DNA of 53,968 nucleotides from Octopus bimaculoides. Taxonomy: Eukaryota. Position numbers and translations under genes: made by a program. The DNA lies in NCBI RefSeq assembly GCF_001194135.2, contig NC_068994.1:52568879-52622846 (forward strand), read 5' to 3'. Below the pieces are notes generated by a model, which saw only the letters and a list, made by a program, of their open reading frames with translations, was not told the origin of the DNA and ran no database searches. This document shows positions 35,990 through 46,729 of this stretch, one piece after another (the stretch's first letter is position 1; every line of letters starts with the position of its first letter).

Positions 35990-36255
35990 TAATATATGAC
36001 AATTATTCGGTAGCCATGATAAAACACCGAGTTTTGGATGTCGCGGCGGAAACCCACACCGGCATCTCTTCAGTTATCGGGCCATCGAAAAAATGGCCCG
36101 ATAACTGAAGAGATGCCGGTGTGGGTTTCCGCCNNNNNNNNNNNNNNNNNNNNNNNNNNNNNNNNNNNNNNNNNNNNNNNNNNNNNNNNNNNNNNNNNNN
36201 NNNNNNNNNNNNNNNNNNNNNNNTATCATGGCTACCGAATAATTGTCACATATTA
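35990..36255. repeat. Long near-perfect palindrome (~96-bp arms, 7-nt loop), probably an inverted Penelope-like terminal repeat; right arm interrupted by an N gap
   Basis: 36045-36085 is the exact reverse complement of 36093-36133. After the gap, 36224-36255 matches the reverse complement of 35990-36021 with one mismatch. Confidence 0.9.
36018..36078 (-). ncRNA. Minimal type-I hammerhead ribozyme-like motif with a core substitution
   Basis: Minus strand: GAUAA-CUGAAGA-GAUG(22 nt)CAUC-CAAAAC-UCGGU-GUU-UUAUC. Stems I and II pair perfectly; GAAA is replaced by CAAAA. Confidence 0.55.
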
Positions 36256-36321
36256 TATTTACAGATAAATTCCTCTATTTACATAATATCGATATCTCTT
36301 TCATTCTTTTGTTGTCTTGAC

Positions 36322-36380
<59 letters not shown>

Positions 36381-36429
36381 AAGGCCTTTTGACAACATAA
36401 GACGCGAAGAAATAATGTTAATGGACAAA

Positions 36430-37096
36430 TATTCTACAGAGCTTGTAAAGTAGAGAGATAGAAAGAGGGAATAATAGAACGAAATGTAAAAGGACTATGA
36501 CAAACCTGTGACTGAATTTGAATACTAAGAGAAATTGAATGCTCAAGAGAGCATGATCGAGCAGGTCTGGGGACCAGCAGGAAAAGGTTGGGGGAAATTA
36601 TAATCTGGATGGTTATGTGGTACCACAAAGGGAGGGGCAGAGACAAAGGAGGTAGTGAAGATTAGAGAAAAAACAGAGGGTAGTGGAGACGAAAGTGTCG
36701 TGCAAAAAGAAGGGAGTGTAAGGGAGGAAGAAACGAGGTTGGTGGTAGAAGTTAAAGAGAAATAGACGTGAAGGAAGAGCGAGTGAGTAGAGAGGGAGAG
36801 ACAGGATAATAGAAAAGCAGTAAATAGTCGACCGATGTGTATGGAGGAAGAAAAGGACAAACTGTTAAGAGAGAAAGGTGCTCATAAAAAGAAGGAAATA
36901 TCGATGGAGGTAGAAGGAATTGTAAAGTGAAAGAAAGGAAATAAAAGAGAGTACGAAGAATAATAGAAAGTGAAGAATGGAGTATGGTAAAATGAATGGA
37001 GTAGACAGAAAAAGCAAAAAGAATGTAAGGTAATCTGACAGTAAGGAGAGACAAAAATGTGAAACCGAAAGAGAGAGAGGGAAAAGAGAAATGGAG

Positions 37097-37156
<60 letters not shown>
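36430..37156. repeat. Long purine-rich (GA-biased) low-complexity tract ending in (GA)n
   Basis: Strong strand asymmetry; the overlapping S/L/F-rich ORFs are by-products. Confidence 0.85.
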
Positions 37157-37163
<7 letters not shown>

Positions 37164-37318
37164 CCAACAGCTACTCGCTTAATGTTGTACCACTGAGAGT
37201 GAGAGCAAAAAGGAGGGTTGGCAGCGTTACGATAAATAATAACAGTAAAACTTCCATACATATATGTATGTATACGTTTCACTTACATGTCTTTAAAATT
37301 GAGTCCAGTCATTCTTAC

Positions 37319-37639
37319 TTCCTTCAAATGGCCAGCTTTATAAATCCAACCGTCTATTATCAGATATTGTACGAAACGTAAATAACTCCGCCAGCTCAAT
37401 TTAAGTGGTGTGCCATTGAGCTGCGTAAGTTCTTTACACTTCCATTTCATGCAGTTATAAAACCTTGCGGCAAAAACTATTCCTGTTAGTTCAATTCCTG
37501 CTCTGTTAACCGAGAATAGCATTGATAGATTTACTAAATGTACAAATTCCCTCGTGAAATGGACCACGTGAATTATAATGAAAAATTTCGACGCAACATA
37601 GAAACATGCAATGATATATATCGTTCTACAGTTCCATAG
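37319..37639 (-). CDS. Candidate 321-nt phase-0 exon (107 codons), unknown product; alternative donor at 37287
   Basis: Strong acceptor tttttccttttgtcctcttcag followed by an uninterrupted frame LWNCRTIYIIACFYVASKFFIIIHVV...DGWIYKAGHLKE up to GAA|gtaaga. A second donor AT|gtaagt lies in the same frame. Confidence 0.4.
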
Positions 37640-39089
37640 CTGAAGAGGACAAAAGGAAAAACTAAAATGAAAGAAACTGACAACGGATGATCTTTGTTAT
37701 AGTTTGGTACTTAAGATAGAAGCACCAAGATTATAGCACCAAGATTGAAGATTATAAAGTTTGGAGTTCGACTGCACTAGTTTCATTAATTTGTGCGATG
37801 AACATAGACATTCCTTCCACCCTCATACATGAAAAACAAGAGGTTCTTAGTCAGCGTTTACTATTCCATGATTACTGAAACACAAATGCAGTTTGTCTTT
37901 TACAACGGCACAACTAGCAAACACTAAATATGATTGTCAATGACGAATATTTGTTATCATCTCATCATAGTTAAAACTTATAGAGTTAATATGACATGAG
38001 TGAAGTATATGAGATACTTTAATGACAAAATGATAATTCAGTTGCATTTCGTTGACCGATAGATACATGACATGCCAGTTTGTAGCCCATGGTTTATATT
38101 TTTCTATCAGTAAATACGTAAGGAATTTATATCACCTATTTAGTTATACGAATTCGAAGATTGCATGTCATGCTTGTAACACGGATGCGCTATCTGACTC
38201 CATTTAATACTTGCTGAATAGTTTTATGAAATGTGTCTACTTTCGCTATGCCAGAATAGAATAGAAATTTATACTCAATATGGTTTCTCCCTATTTTTTT
38301 TTCTGATTTTTCTTTTCTTATCTTTTAAATATTGTCAAAGAAGAATAATAAACTGTTGCGCAAGTGAATAATGCAAGCGTTAGCTAAAGCAATAGTGTCA
38401 CACAGTGAAGTGTTTAAATATCGTATAAGTATGGGAAGTCATATAAAAAGAAGTGAAGTTGCAGGAAATAAAACTACTTGATCACGAGTGTTTAATAATT
38501 GCTCTACTCAAACTCATATATTCTTGATCGAGCGTTCATAAATATTTTTTTTTTATATCACACTCTCACAGAGCTATGCCATAAAACGATGAAAAATACC
38601 TATTCAGAATTGCCAGAAGACCTACAATGTAAAACAATAAAGTTGTTATAAGCGATGTGGTTCGCATAAAATTCACAGAAATATCTTATTAATCCTAAAT
38701 TAGTGTCACGTAAAAGTTTATGGAAAGTAATTTTATTTCTTGTATCTACTGTCTGCTAAATATTAATGACACTTTGACTGCTAATAACAAGGGCATATAA
38801 GTGGTTGAGGGGAATTAGAAATTACATGAAATAATAATTATTTCATGTAAAATTTATATATGTTAAATTGTCACAATGCAAGAGACATTGTTACAAACCT
38901 AGAAACTTTATATATATCAGAATTTTAAAAATTCTTCTCCACGCTTACTAATTAGGTATGTAAATGTTGATCAATAGCATTTTGGGTTACGTTCCTTTCC
39001 TTACAGACAAAAGGGGTTTGTAGCAAGCCACGTTGCCTTCTGTCGTTGTTCGTTTTCTTCCCTGTAATCCTACCCGAGCAGGATATACT

Positions 39090-39137
39090 ATGAAAATATT
39101 TTTACTCATATTCTTTCTCCGATCTTTTCTCTTCAAG
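39090..39137 (+). CDS. Candidate first coding exon segment MKIFLLIFFLRSFLFK (signal-peptide-like)
   Basis: Upstream acceptor ttcctttccttacag (exon start about 39006), ATG at 39090, donor AAG|gtaaat. No downstream partner exon identified. Confidence 0.2.
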
Positions 39138-39179
39138 GTAAATGTACGTAGTACTACAATATGCAATATGTGCCTTTCC

Positions 39180-39517
39180 TTTTAAGAAGGCCCACGATGT
39201 TTGAGAGATTTGGTCCCTCAAGTTTATGTTGCAGATGACCTTCGAGGATTTTAAGCAATCAATCGCAACTACTTGGGATTCACAGTACGGGTTCTAAAAT
39301 TCATCCTTTCGATCGCTGAGTACAATACGTAGCTCATGAGAACTGCGTTCCAGTGATTTTCTTGAGTTACCATCTCACACTTGCACACCAATTCATTGCA
39401 AGGTTATCCATTTACAGTGTGTTTTATTCGAGAACACAGCACACAACCGTTCTGGGAATTGAAACCACGATCTCGCGATCGCGAATACAGGACCTGAATC
39501 ACTAAACCATACGCGTT
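39180..39517 (-). mobile_element. Old tRNA-derived SINE related to family C
   Basis: Reverse complement gcgtatggtttagtgatt..cgtggtttcaattcccagaacggttgtgtg..aaaacac matches the family C head; the left boundary is approximate. Confidence 0.6.
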
Positions 39518-39886
39518 TACTTAGATGATGAGTGAGCTGTTACTACCCTGTAGGGTGGGACAAATGCCACGTTTCTGATTGTATATTGCGACCTGTGGGA
39601 ATGATCTGGTGTCCTCGGCTGTTGTCCCGACTGCATTTTTTGACTTTGTGATTTTGGCCACCCTACACAAGCTCAAGTGTGTCATCACATTATCTCTAAT
39701 TATCTCATTTCATTATCTTTAAGATTTGTTCTTCAGATGTAATGTGATGTAATTCTTCGATATGGATTATATTTAACCGTTCTTATATTTAGAAAATTAA
39801 GGTGATATATAACGATTTCGCGTATGGACACAATAACACACGTAGTTGGAGAATTGTTACAGCTGATAAAATTGTTTTCAGTAGTT

Positions 39887-39934
39887 CTGCTGATCTGTCA
39901 CTCTGCTGATCTGTCACTCTGCTGATCTGTCATT
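39887..39934. repeat. 16-bp minisatellite x3 (CTGCTGATCTGTCACT)
   Basis: Two perfect units and one unit with a single mismatch. Confidence 0.95.
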
Positions 39935-40258
39935 CTTATATTCATTTATAGCGGAAGAATTACTGTGAGACAAGGGGTCTATGTTTAGAATTTTGGGGGC
40001 CGTTGAATCAGAAATGAAACTTCTCACCTAACATTTATCTAGGAGAAATATACTTGCGGGAAAACGTCTTGATGTCAATAAAGTTATTAGATATCTATTA
40101 TTGCCGGTGGAACTACAGAATCAGTGGAGCAACGAATAAAGTACATTGTGTTAATCAACTTATATTGTCAATTTAAATCTAACGCAATTTGATTTTATCT
40201 TTTATCCGTGAAGTGCATATAAAATAAGTATCACTGGAGTAGTGGCCTCAATACTCAC

Positions 40259-40272
40259 CCTTGCTCGTCTTC
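40259..40272 (-). CDS. Candidate 14-nt microexon
   Basis: catttttag|GAAGACGAGCAAGG|gtgagtat. Confidence 0.3.
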
Positions 40273-40664
40273 CTAAAAATGTATAGCATTCTACTTGTCT
40301 TACACATCTACCTATATAGTTGTGCTCGCAGCTGCATTCACCCGGGTTGGGTTTGAGCTGCCTCCAACCAACGAGTTCACCACATCCCTAACAAATGTTG
40401 ATTACATCCGATGATCGGCCCAAACTTCCAGGAAGCAAACTAATGCTTCTGCTTGTGGCCCAAAATCGAGCTTGCAAGTTTGAAAAATTCCCCACTAGGA
40501 GAGCACGCGTGTCGGATAGCGTTGATAGCGAAGCCTTATTTGTCATTCATCGTGGAGTGTTGAGTTTATATTCAAAGTTTCAGTTGGAATACCAATTCAC
40601 ATGCGTAGCGCGGTCACATGTATACATACTTTGGGATATTGTGATCCGTAGTAGCTCATCTTAC

Positions 40665-40694
40665 CGTAGATTGTCGACCGTCGCAGAGTATTCG
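40665..40694 (-). CDS. Candidate 30-nt microexon (alternative donor at 40630 gives 65 nt)
   Basis: cggtcag|CGAATACTCTGCGACGGTCGACAATCTACG|gtaaga; the longer form reads NTLRRSTIYGKMSYYGSQYPK|gtatgt. Confidence 0.3.
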
Positions 40695-40744
40695 CTGACC
40701 GATTATCGGAGCAGAGTTTGAAAAGGATGGTACACGTGCTAGTT

Positions 40745-40905
40745 GACCCATAATCGGAACCCTAACAGCTGCTACTATTCCGGGTCCGAGTAGACCTGAG
40801 AACAATAGTGGCCAGGAAGATGGTTCCCTCCCACTCAATATCCTGGAGCTCCTGTACCAAGACTTCATTACCGGATGCAGTTTAAAGTCTTACCTAGGAC
40901 ATCAA
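40745..40905 (-). mobile_element. Fragment of a probable interspersed repeat (SINE-like)
   Basis: GC-rich block (rc gatgtcctaggtaagactttaaactgcatccgg..ctcggacccggaatagtagcagctgttagggttcc..tatgggtcaa) resembling a common octopus repeat as I recall it; single copy in this window. Confidence 0.4.
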
Positions 40906-41090
40906 TGAAATAGATTAGAGGCGAAGTGTTTAATAAAATTCTACTGTGTGTGACTAATTTGAGTGTTACTGCTCTACAGATTCCAAATGGAGTCGAAAGC
41001 ACTTCCCTGCGGTTAAAACCAAGGAAATAAGAATGCATTGCTTGTGTTTGCTGGAGCTGATAAACAACCTGTAAACTGACGCACCCTTAC

Positions 41091-41111
41091 CTTTTAGAAA
41101 GGAAGTTGATA
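41091..41111 (-). CDS. Candidate 21-nt microexon
   Basis: ttgtcttctttatccag|TATCAACTTCCTTTCTAAAAG|gtaagg; open as INFLSK or STSFLK. Confidence 0.35.
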
Positions 41112-41846
41112 CTGGATAAAGAAGACAAATCCCCAATTCAATACACAAATCCCCAATAGCTGGTGCTATGATAAGAATTTTGATATCTAAGCCTGACATG
41201 TATTGTCCTGGGGTTAAACAACTTGTCAACCAAAAAGAAATTCATATCTTATTTCAAATAATTTATAACAGACCATATGGTTTTTCAAACTTTCGCTAAG
41301 GGGTTCGTCTCGTTGAATTGTGTTTACTATCAATTCATATTATCAATAATTTACTTTTATTATTTATATTTCGAATATAACTTGTACATGAATTTTTACT
41401 TAATACATCCTTTCCTTTCTTAAGCTGTTCAACATCTCGTGGGAATTAAGGATTTCCATATATTAATGATGTTTCTTTCCATCGAAATGAACACACAACA
41501 TAAAACAAAAAAATATGTAAGCTTCTTTGATTGATTTTCTATGTATTTATAGTGATTTAGTTTTACGAATTGGAAAAAGGAAATGCAAGAATTTGATTGA
41601 TTGATGTTTTAATATTGAGTATGATTTCCTCTTGAAATCGATATTTTAGAGTTTGTAAATGAGAAAATAAAGTTACATTTCTCTCATGAATACTTCAATC
41701 GTATAATTGGGTATATAATAAATATGAGACAAAAAGGAACACATTTTCAACACAACTTTTTCAAACCAACAAAATAATCCCCGCATTTAGAGTGCTGCCA
41801 CTGCATATACAGATGGCTATATAATCCATGCCGTGATATATTATTC

Positions 41847-41904
41847 AGGCTGCGAGCTGGCGGAATCGTTAGCGCGCTGGACGAAATGTTTCGCGGTATT
41901 TCTC
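41847..41904 (+). mobile_element. SINE family A head fragment
   Basis: aggctgcgagctggcggaatcgttagcgcgctggacgaaatgtttcgcggtatttc. Confidence 0.8.
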
Positions 41905-42095
41905 GCCTTAGGTATAATAATAATAATAATATCAGACAAATACATAACAAAAATACCAGGACTTACAAATATATATAACACACAGAATATTGCACTACTG
42001 GGCACTGCACACATCCTACGAAAAACACTTTCAATACAGTAACCATAAGAGCATCACAGCAAACCACAGCACATACCTAAGGCACACAGAGCTGC
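41905..42095 (+). mobile_element. Second copy of the R4/Rex6-like element 3' end
   Basis: Closely similar to about 1003-1190 (ALGII..SDKYITKIPGLTNIYNTQNIALLGTAHILRKTLSIQ* plus 3' UTR). Confidence 0.92.
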
Positions 42096-42243
42096 CCTAG
42101 TATGCAAATGGTAATTCATCGAACCGAAAGGATGCAGCGTAAAGTCGACCTCGGCGAGATTTGAACTCAGATTTGAACGTAGCGACGGACGAATTACTGC
42201 GAAACATTTCGTCCAGCGTGCTAACGATTCTACTAGTTCGGCG
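42096..42243 (-). mobile_element. SINE family A, 5' half
   Basis: ccgaaaggatg..aaagtcgacctcggcgagatttgaactcag..catttcgtccagcgtgctaacgattc. Confidence 0.8.
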
Positions 42244-43098
42244 TGTAAAGCGTCCTTAGAGTACCAATGTATCTGCGTAACGACACCTTCTAATAACTAT
42301 TTCGAATGTCACAAATTTGGTTGGACATGGGATTTATCGACAGCAGGGTCACCTGTATTCCATTGACACTTTGTTTTATTGCGTCCTTAAATGCGAAATG
42401 CTAAGATTCTTCCTTGAAGAGGTCTAACAGAGAAGATATACGAAGCTAATTTCACTACTATACCTTATACACAAGATCTTTGTATTCCAAAATTCTCAGT
42501 AGCTGTTTATATTCAAGTAATCACTCTTGCCTGCTGTTTTCTAGATACATCTCGCATCAGAGTTTGTCTGCTAATAGCAGCAATAATTTCATTTAATTGA
42601 AGTATTTCAACACGTTCTGTGTTGACCCTATGACGAACGTTTCCCTGAAGTAATTTCACTGAATCATATTGTTAATATCTAAGTATATATGTGTGTGTGT
42701 GTGTGTGTGTATACATATATGTCTGTATATATTATAGATATACATGCATACATATACATATATATTTACACACATATATTTATATATATATATCTACACA
42801 AATATACATACACACAGGCATAAACAGGCATGTACACTTCGGTACATATACTCCACCATATATATATATGTGTGTGTGTGTTTGTGTGTGTTCGTGTGTG
42901 TGTAGATGTGTATAAATTCTTTGTGAAGTGATAAATTGCAGTTATCAAAGGATAAGTGGTCTCTATGTGTATGAGAGTGTGCATGTGTAGTTTATGTACA
43001 CACACACACACTAAGACACATACATGCATGTGTGTATGTAAATTGGTATGTACACATGTATGTATGAATTTATGTCAGTATATATGTATCTCTGAAAA

Positions 43099-43129
<31 letters not shown>

Positions 43130-43642
43130 TGTACAATATTCGTAACTACGCCGCAAAAACACAAACACATAAATGCTAAATAAAATGGTGCAGTGGAATA
43201 AATAGACAACAGCTGTCTATTTGTAAACGAAGAAATGACGTACTCAGCTGTAATAATACAGATTCTACAATGAACATAAGGCTGTTCACGAGCGGCGATG
43301 TGGGAAAAGCCGAATGCAATGTAGCATAAGGAAAAATTGATAAGGTTGAAATTAAAGAGGAAACACAATGGTACAGGGATAGTTTAAAATTGTTTTTACG
43401 CTTCATTACGTTATATGCGCACAATTGATCGGTAAGTTCAGATCAGATTATTAAGCTGATGGAAATAATATTTAGTGACGAAGGCTTACTACAAATTGTA
43501 TGTAATTATAAACTAATGTAGCTGAACATTAGAATCAGTTTGGTGCAGCAAATGTCGTCAATATTTGTCAGTGGTTTCAAAGCAATAAGGTAACAAATTA
43601 ATTTTTGGTCCTAAATATATAGTGGTACATTTATATTAAAAT

Positions 43643-43791
<149 letters not shown>

Positions 43792-43819
43792 ATTATTATT
43801 ATTTTAATTTTTTTTTGTC

Positions 43820-43860
43820 CTATAGTTTCAGCTGAGAGCTGCGGCCATGCTGATGCACCT
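43820..43860 (-). mobile_element. Isolated 3' tail of a CR1-like LINE or family B SINE
   Basis: Reverse complement ggtgcatcagcatggccgcagctctcagctgaaac matches both the 12630-12664 and 50345-50385 tails. Confidence 0.7.
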
Positions 43861-43897
43861 ATTATTATTATCTTTATTATTATTGTTCAAGAATCTT

Positions 43898-43989
43898 CAA
43901 GAACGTTGTCGGCAGTGACTTCGTATATCGGTCAGTCAGGACGTTGTATGGTGGTCTAAATTTCGAAGTCACTGTTAATAACATACCTG
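43898..43989. mobile_element. Possible ~92-bp MITE with degenerate ~37-bp TIRs; a solo arm lies at 22021-22054
   Basis: Left arm caagaacgttgtcggcagtgacttcg versus reverse complement of right arm caggtatgttattaacagtgacttcg; TA at 43990. Confidence 0.5.
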
Positions 43990-44297
43990 TATAAGGATAA
44001 TATGTGTACGTTACATAAGGATAGAGTAATCAATCAGATTAAAGTAAAATTATTTCCTTTTAAAACTGAACATAAAAACAAATATTAGTATCTATCTGTA
44101 TGAATGTCTGTCTGTCTGTCAACCTGATCGACTTCATCTCTCTGTCAACTGCTTGTCTTGTTATCACTCTCACTATCTACGTAATACATGTTGCTATCTG
44201 CTTATCAATGCGCACATACATACATACATACATACATACATACTCACTCTCCGCATACATATATGTATGTAAATTGATATGTGTATCTTTATCAACA

Positions 44298-44308
44298 TAG
44301 ATAGATAA

Positions 44309-44380
<72 letters not shown>

Positions 44381-44382
44381 AT
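44298..44382. repeat. (TAGA)n microsatellite
   Basis: Direct reading. Confidence 0.95.
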
Positions 44383-44765
44383 AGACTTATCTCTTTAGTT
44401 ACTCATTGAATTATGCACTTGAACTTCCAATTACCATACACTGATTCATGTTCTAAAATTTCTTTTAAACTGACATTTGTTAACTACTCGAGATTTTATG
44501 CAATTTATGCTTGAAATAGTTTCACACTTGGCCTTTTCGAATTGTTAGCAACTTGGTACATTAATTCGCTTGAGTAATTAAGCAAGTATGTTTTACTGAA
44601 GTCCAACAATTGCAGGAGTTCTGCCTGTTGATTCTCTGCTAATCTTTCCAAATCAAGGATTCGATTTCGTTGTTCTTTTCTTCATTTCTTCACAGATATT
44701 ATCGAAATATTTCTTGTGAAACAATCATCTTTTAATCTTTAATTGTTTCATTCATTTACGCCGGC

Positions 44766-45168
44766 CATGCGCCTATATGTATATACTCATCCACCCTCAC
44801 ATGAAACACACACATGCTCACCCACACATTCGCCGAAAAATATATGCATACGCGCATACACGCTCGCACACACACGCGCGCACAAAAAAGGGTTCATACA
44901 CACGTCTCTATACGCACATACTCGCATGCATGCACAGATACGTCTATATACACACATACCCGCACACGCATATATACGCACACACACAGGCGCACCAAAA
45001 AGTCGTTCATACACACGTCTATATGCAGAAGAAAAAACAGGGCTAAAGGCAAAATACAGAAAAATGTGTAAAAAATTGTAAAAAATTACCAATAAGAGTA
45101 AAACACGTCTATATACGCATGTGTGTGTTCCAAGTGAGGGTACATGAGTATATACATATAGGCGCATG
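44766..45168. repeat. 52-bp inverted repeat (48/52 identity) enclosing ~300 bp with internal direct repeats
   Basis: 44766-44817 versus reverse complement of 45117-45168; internal aaaa..gttcatacacacgtct.tat repeated at about 44883 and 44996. Confidence 0.85.
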
Positions 45169-46105
45169 TACGTGGGTGTGCGGGCGCACATGTGTATGTA
45201 TGGACATGCGCGTTTAGGCGATTATTATGAACATCATTACTCCCTTAATATATATATATTAAAAAAAGATATAGAAAACGGAGTTGTAGTATTAATATGA
45301 TAAATTATATTAATGCTACATCTCCATTTTCTAAATTTTCTTGGAGAAATTTCAGAAACAGAATGATCCCAAACAACCACATTTGATCTGAAAGCAAGCG
45401 TTTGTTTGTAAAAGACCTAAATAATTTCTCCAAACGTGAGGAAATTATTAGCTTAGAAGAACAGAAAGATTATAGAATGAAATAGATAGACGAAAGATAG
45501 CTTTCAGAGTATTGTTCGTGGAAACTACCGTTCATGCACGCGCGCGAGCGTGCGCGCGTGTGTGTGTGCGTGTGTACTTGCGTGCTTGCGTGTTTCTACA
45601 TACACATAGGGATAGATGTGTGTGTCTGCACGAAAGTATTTGATGGCATATTTAGATATACAGTTCATTGAAAACATACAATGCACCTCATAAAAAGTGC
45701 TTAGTTTAGACAACAAAACTATCTGTTCTTAACGATAGTTAATCTACTTCTATGATACAGAGAGGAAAATAAATGTTTTCAAGGGAACACTGGCATACAA
45801 TTACGGACGAACAATCGTGATGTATCTTTTCATTGTTCCATTTAGATTTCATTCACCGACCAATATAAAGCATTCCTCACATTTCTTATGAACGGTAATG
45901 GTTCTTTTTAGTACACAAATGAATAATTCAATTCAATGACTACACGATCTGCATTCATTCATATGTATGTGTGCGTGCGTGCGTGTGTGTGTGTGCGTGT
46001 GTGTGTGTGTGTGTGTGTAAATTAAGAGTACAGTGAACTTGCCGTAAGGAGTTGAAAATATGTCTGGCCGACGACTCAACACCAGCAACTTTAGAGTTTG
46101 TTTCA

Positions 46106-46363
46106 CAGGAGTAGCTGCGTGGTAAGTAGCTTGCATACCAACCACATGGTTCCGGGTTCAGTCCCACTGCGTATCACCTTGGGCCGATCAAAGCCTCGTG
46201 AGTGGATTTGGAAGACAGAAACTGAAAGAAGCCTATCATACGTGTGTGTGTGTAACAGAGGAGTTGTGTGTGGTTGTGTGTGGTGGGTATCTTTATGTCT
46301 GTGTCTCTACTACCACTTGACAACTGGTGCTGGTGTATTTACGTCCCCCTAACATAGCCGTTC
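46106..46363 (+). mobile_element. SINE family B (CORE-type), 3'-truncated
   Basis: ggagtagctgcgtggtaagtagcttgc..ggttccgggttcagtcccactgcgtatcaccttgggc..acttgacaactggtgctggtg. Confidence 0.9.
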
Positions 46364-46517
46364 GGATATATATATATATATATATATATATANNNNNNNN
46401 NNNNNNNNNNNNNNNNNNNNNNNNNNNNNNNNNNNNNNNNNNNNNNNNNNNNNNNNNNNNNNNNNNNNNNNNNNNNNNNNNNNNNNNNNNNNNNNNNNNN
46501 NNNNNNNNNNNNNNNNN

Positions 46518-46693
46518 TGGACACTATTCAATTTTTCTTCTCCGTGTTTTTCTCCTTGTCTCCGTATTCTTTCTGTTGAAGAGCGTAACTCGAAACGTCA
46601 AAGACTTTCCGTATTCCCGAGTGTCATACTAATACATCCTTTTGTTATTTACACCACCTGTCCTCGTCTGTTGTTGTTTTTTCGTATATTCTC

Positions 46694-46700
<7 letters not shown>
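46518..46700 (+). mobile_element. Penelope-like element terminal fragment with a minimal hammerhead-like motif at 46569-46603
   Basis: CUUU-CUGUUGAA-GAG(cguaa)CUC-GAAAC-GUC-AAAG: stem I CUUU/AAAG, palindromic loopless helix III (ACGU), GUC triplet. Confidence 0.55.

Positions 46701-46729
<29 letters not shown>

Noticed and set aside
36434-37381. Ser/Leu/Phe-rich and ER-repeat ORFs
   Set aside because: Translation of the purine-rich tract and (GA)n
39887-39934. CRISPR-like repeat
   Set aside because: Contiguous tandem units without spacers in a eukaryotic context; an ordinary minisatellite
43975-44000. Minus-strand recursive splice site (ttatacag|gtatgt) or duplicated exon GMLLTVTS
   Set aside because: Better explained as a MITE terminal inverted repeat; the paralogous copy at 22054 lacks the GT and has a frameshift
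44430-44740. Coiled-coil-like minus-strand frame (RILDLERLAENQQAELLQLL); similar broken frames at 46970-47330
   Set aside because: Interrupted by stops and frameshifts with no splice signals; possibly LINE ORF1 debris but not assignable
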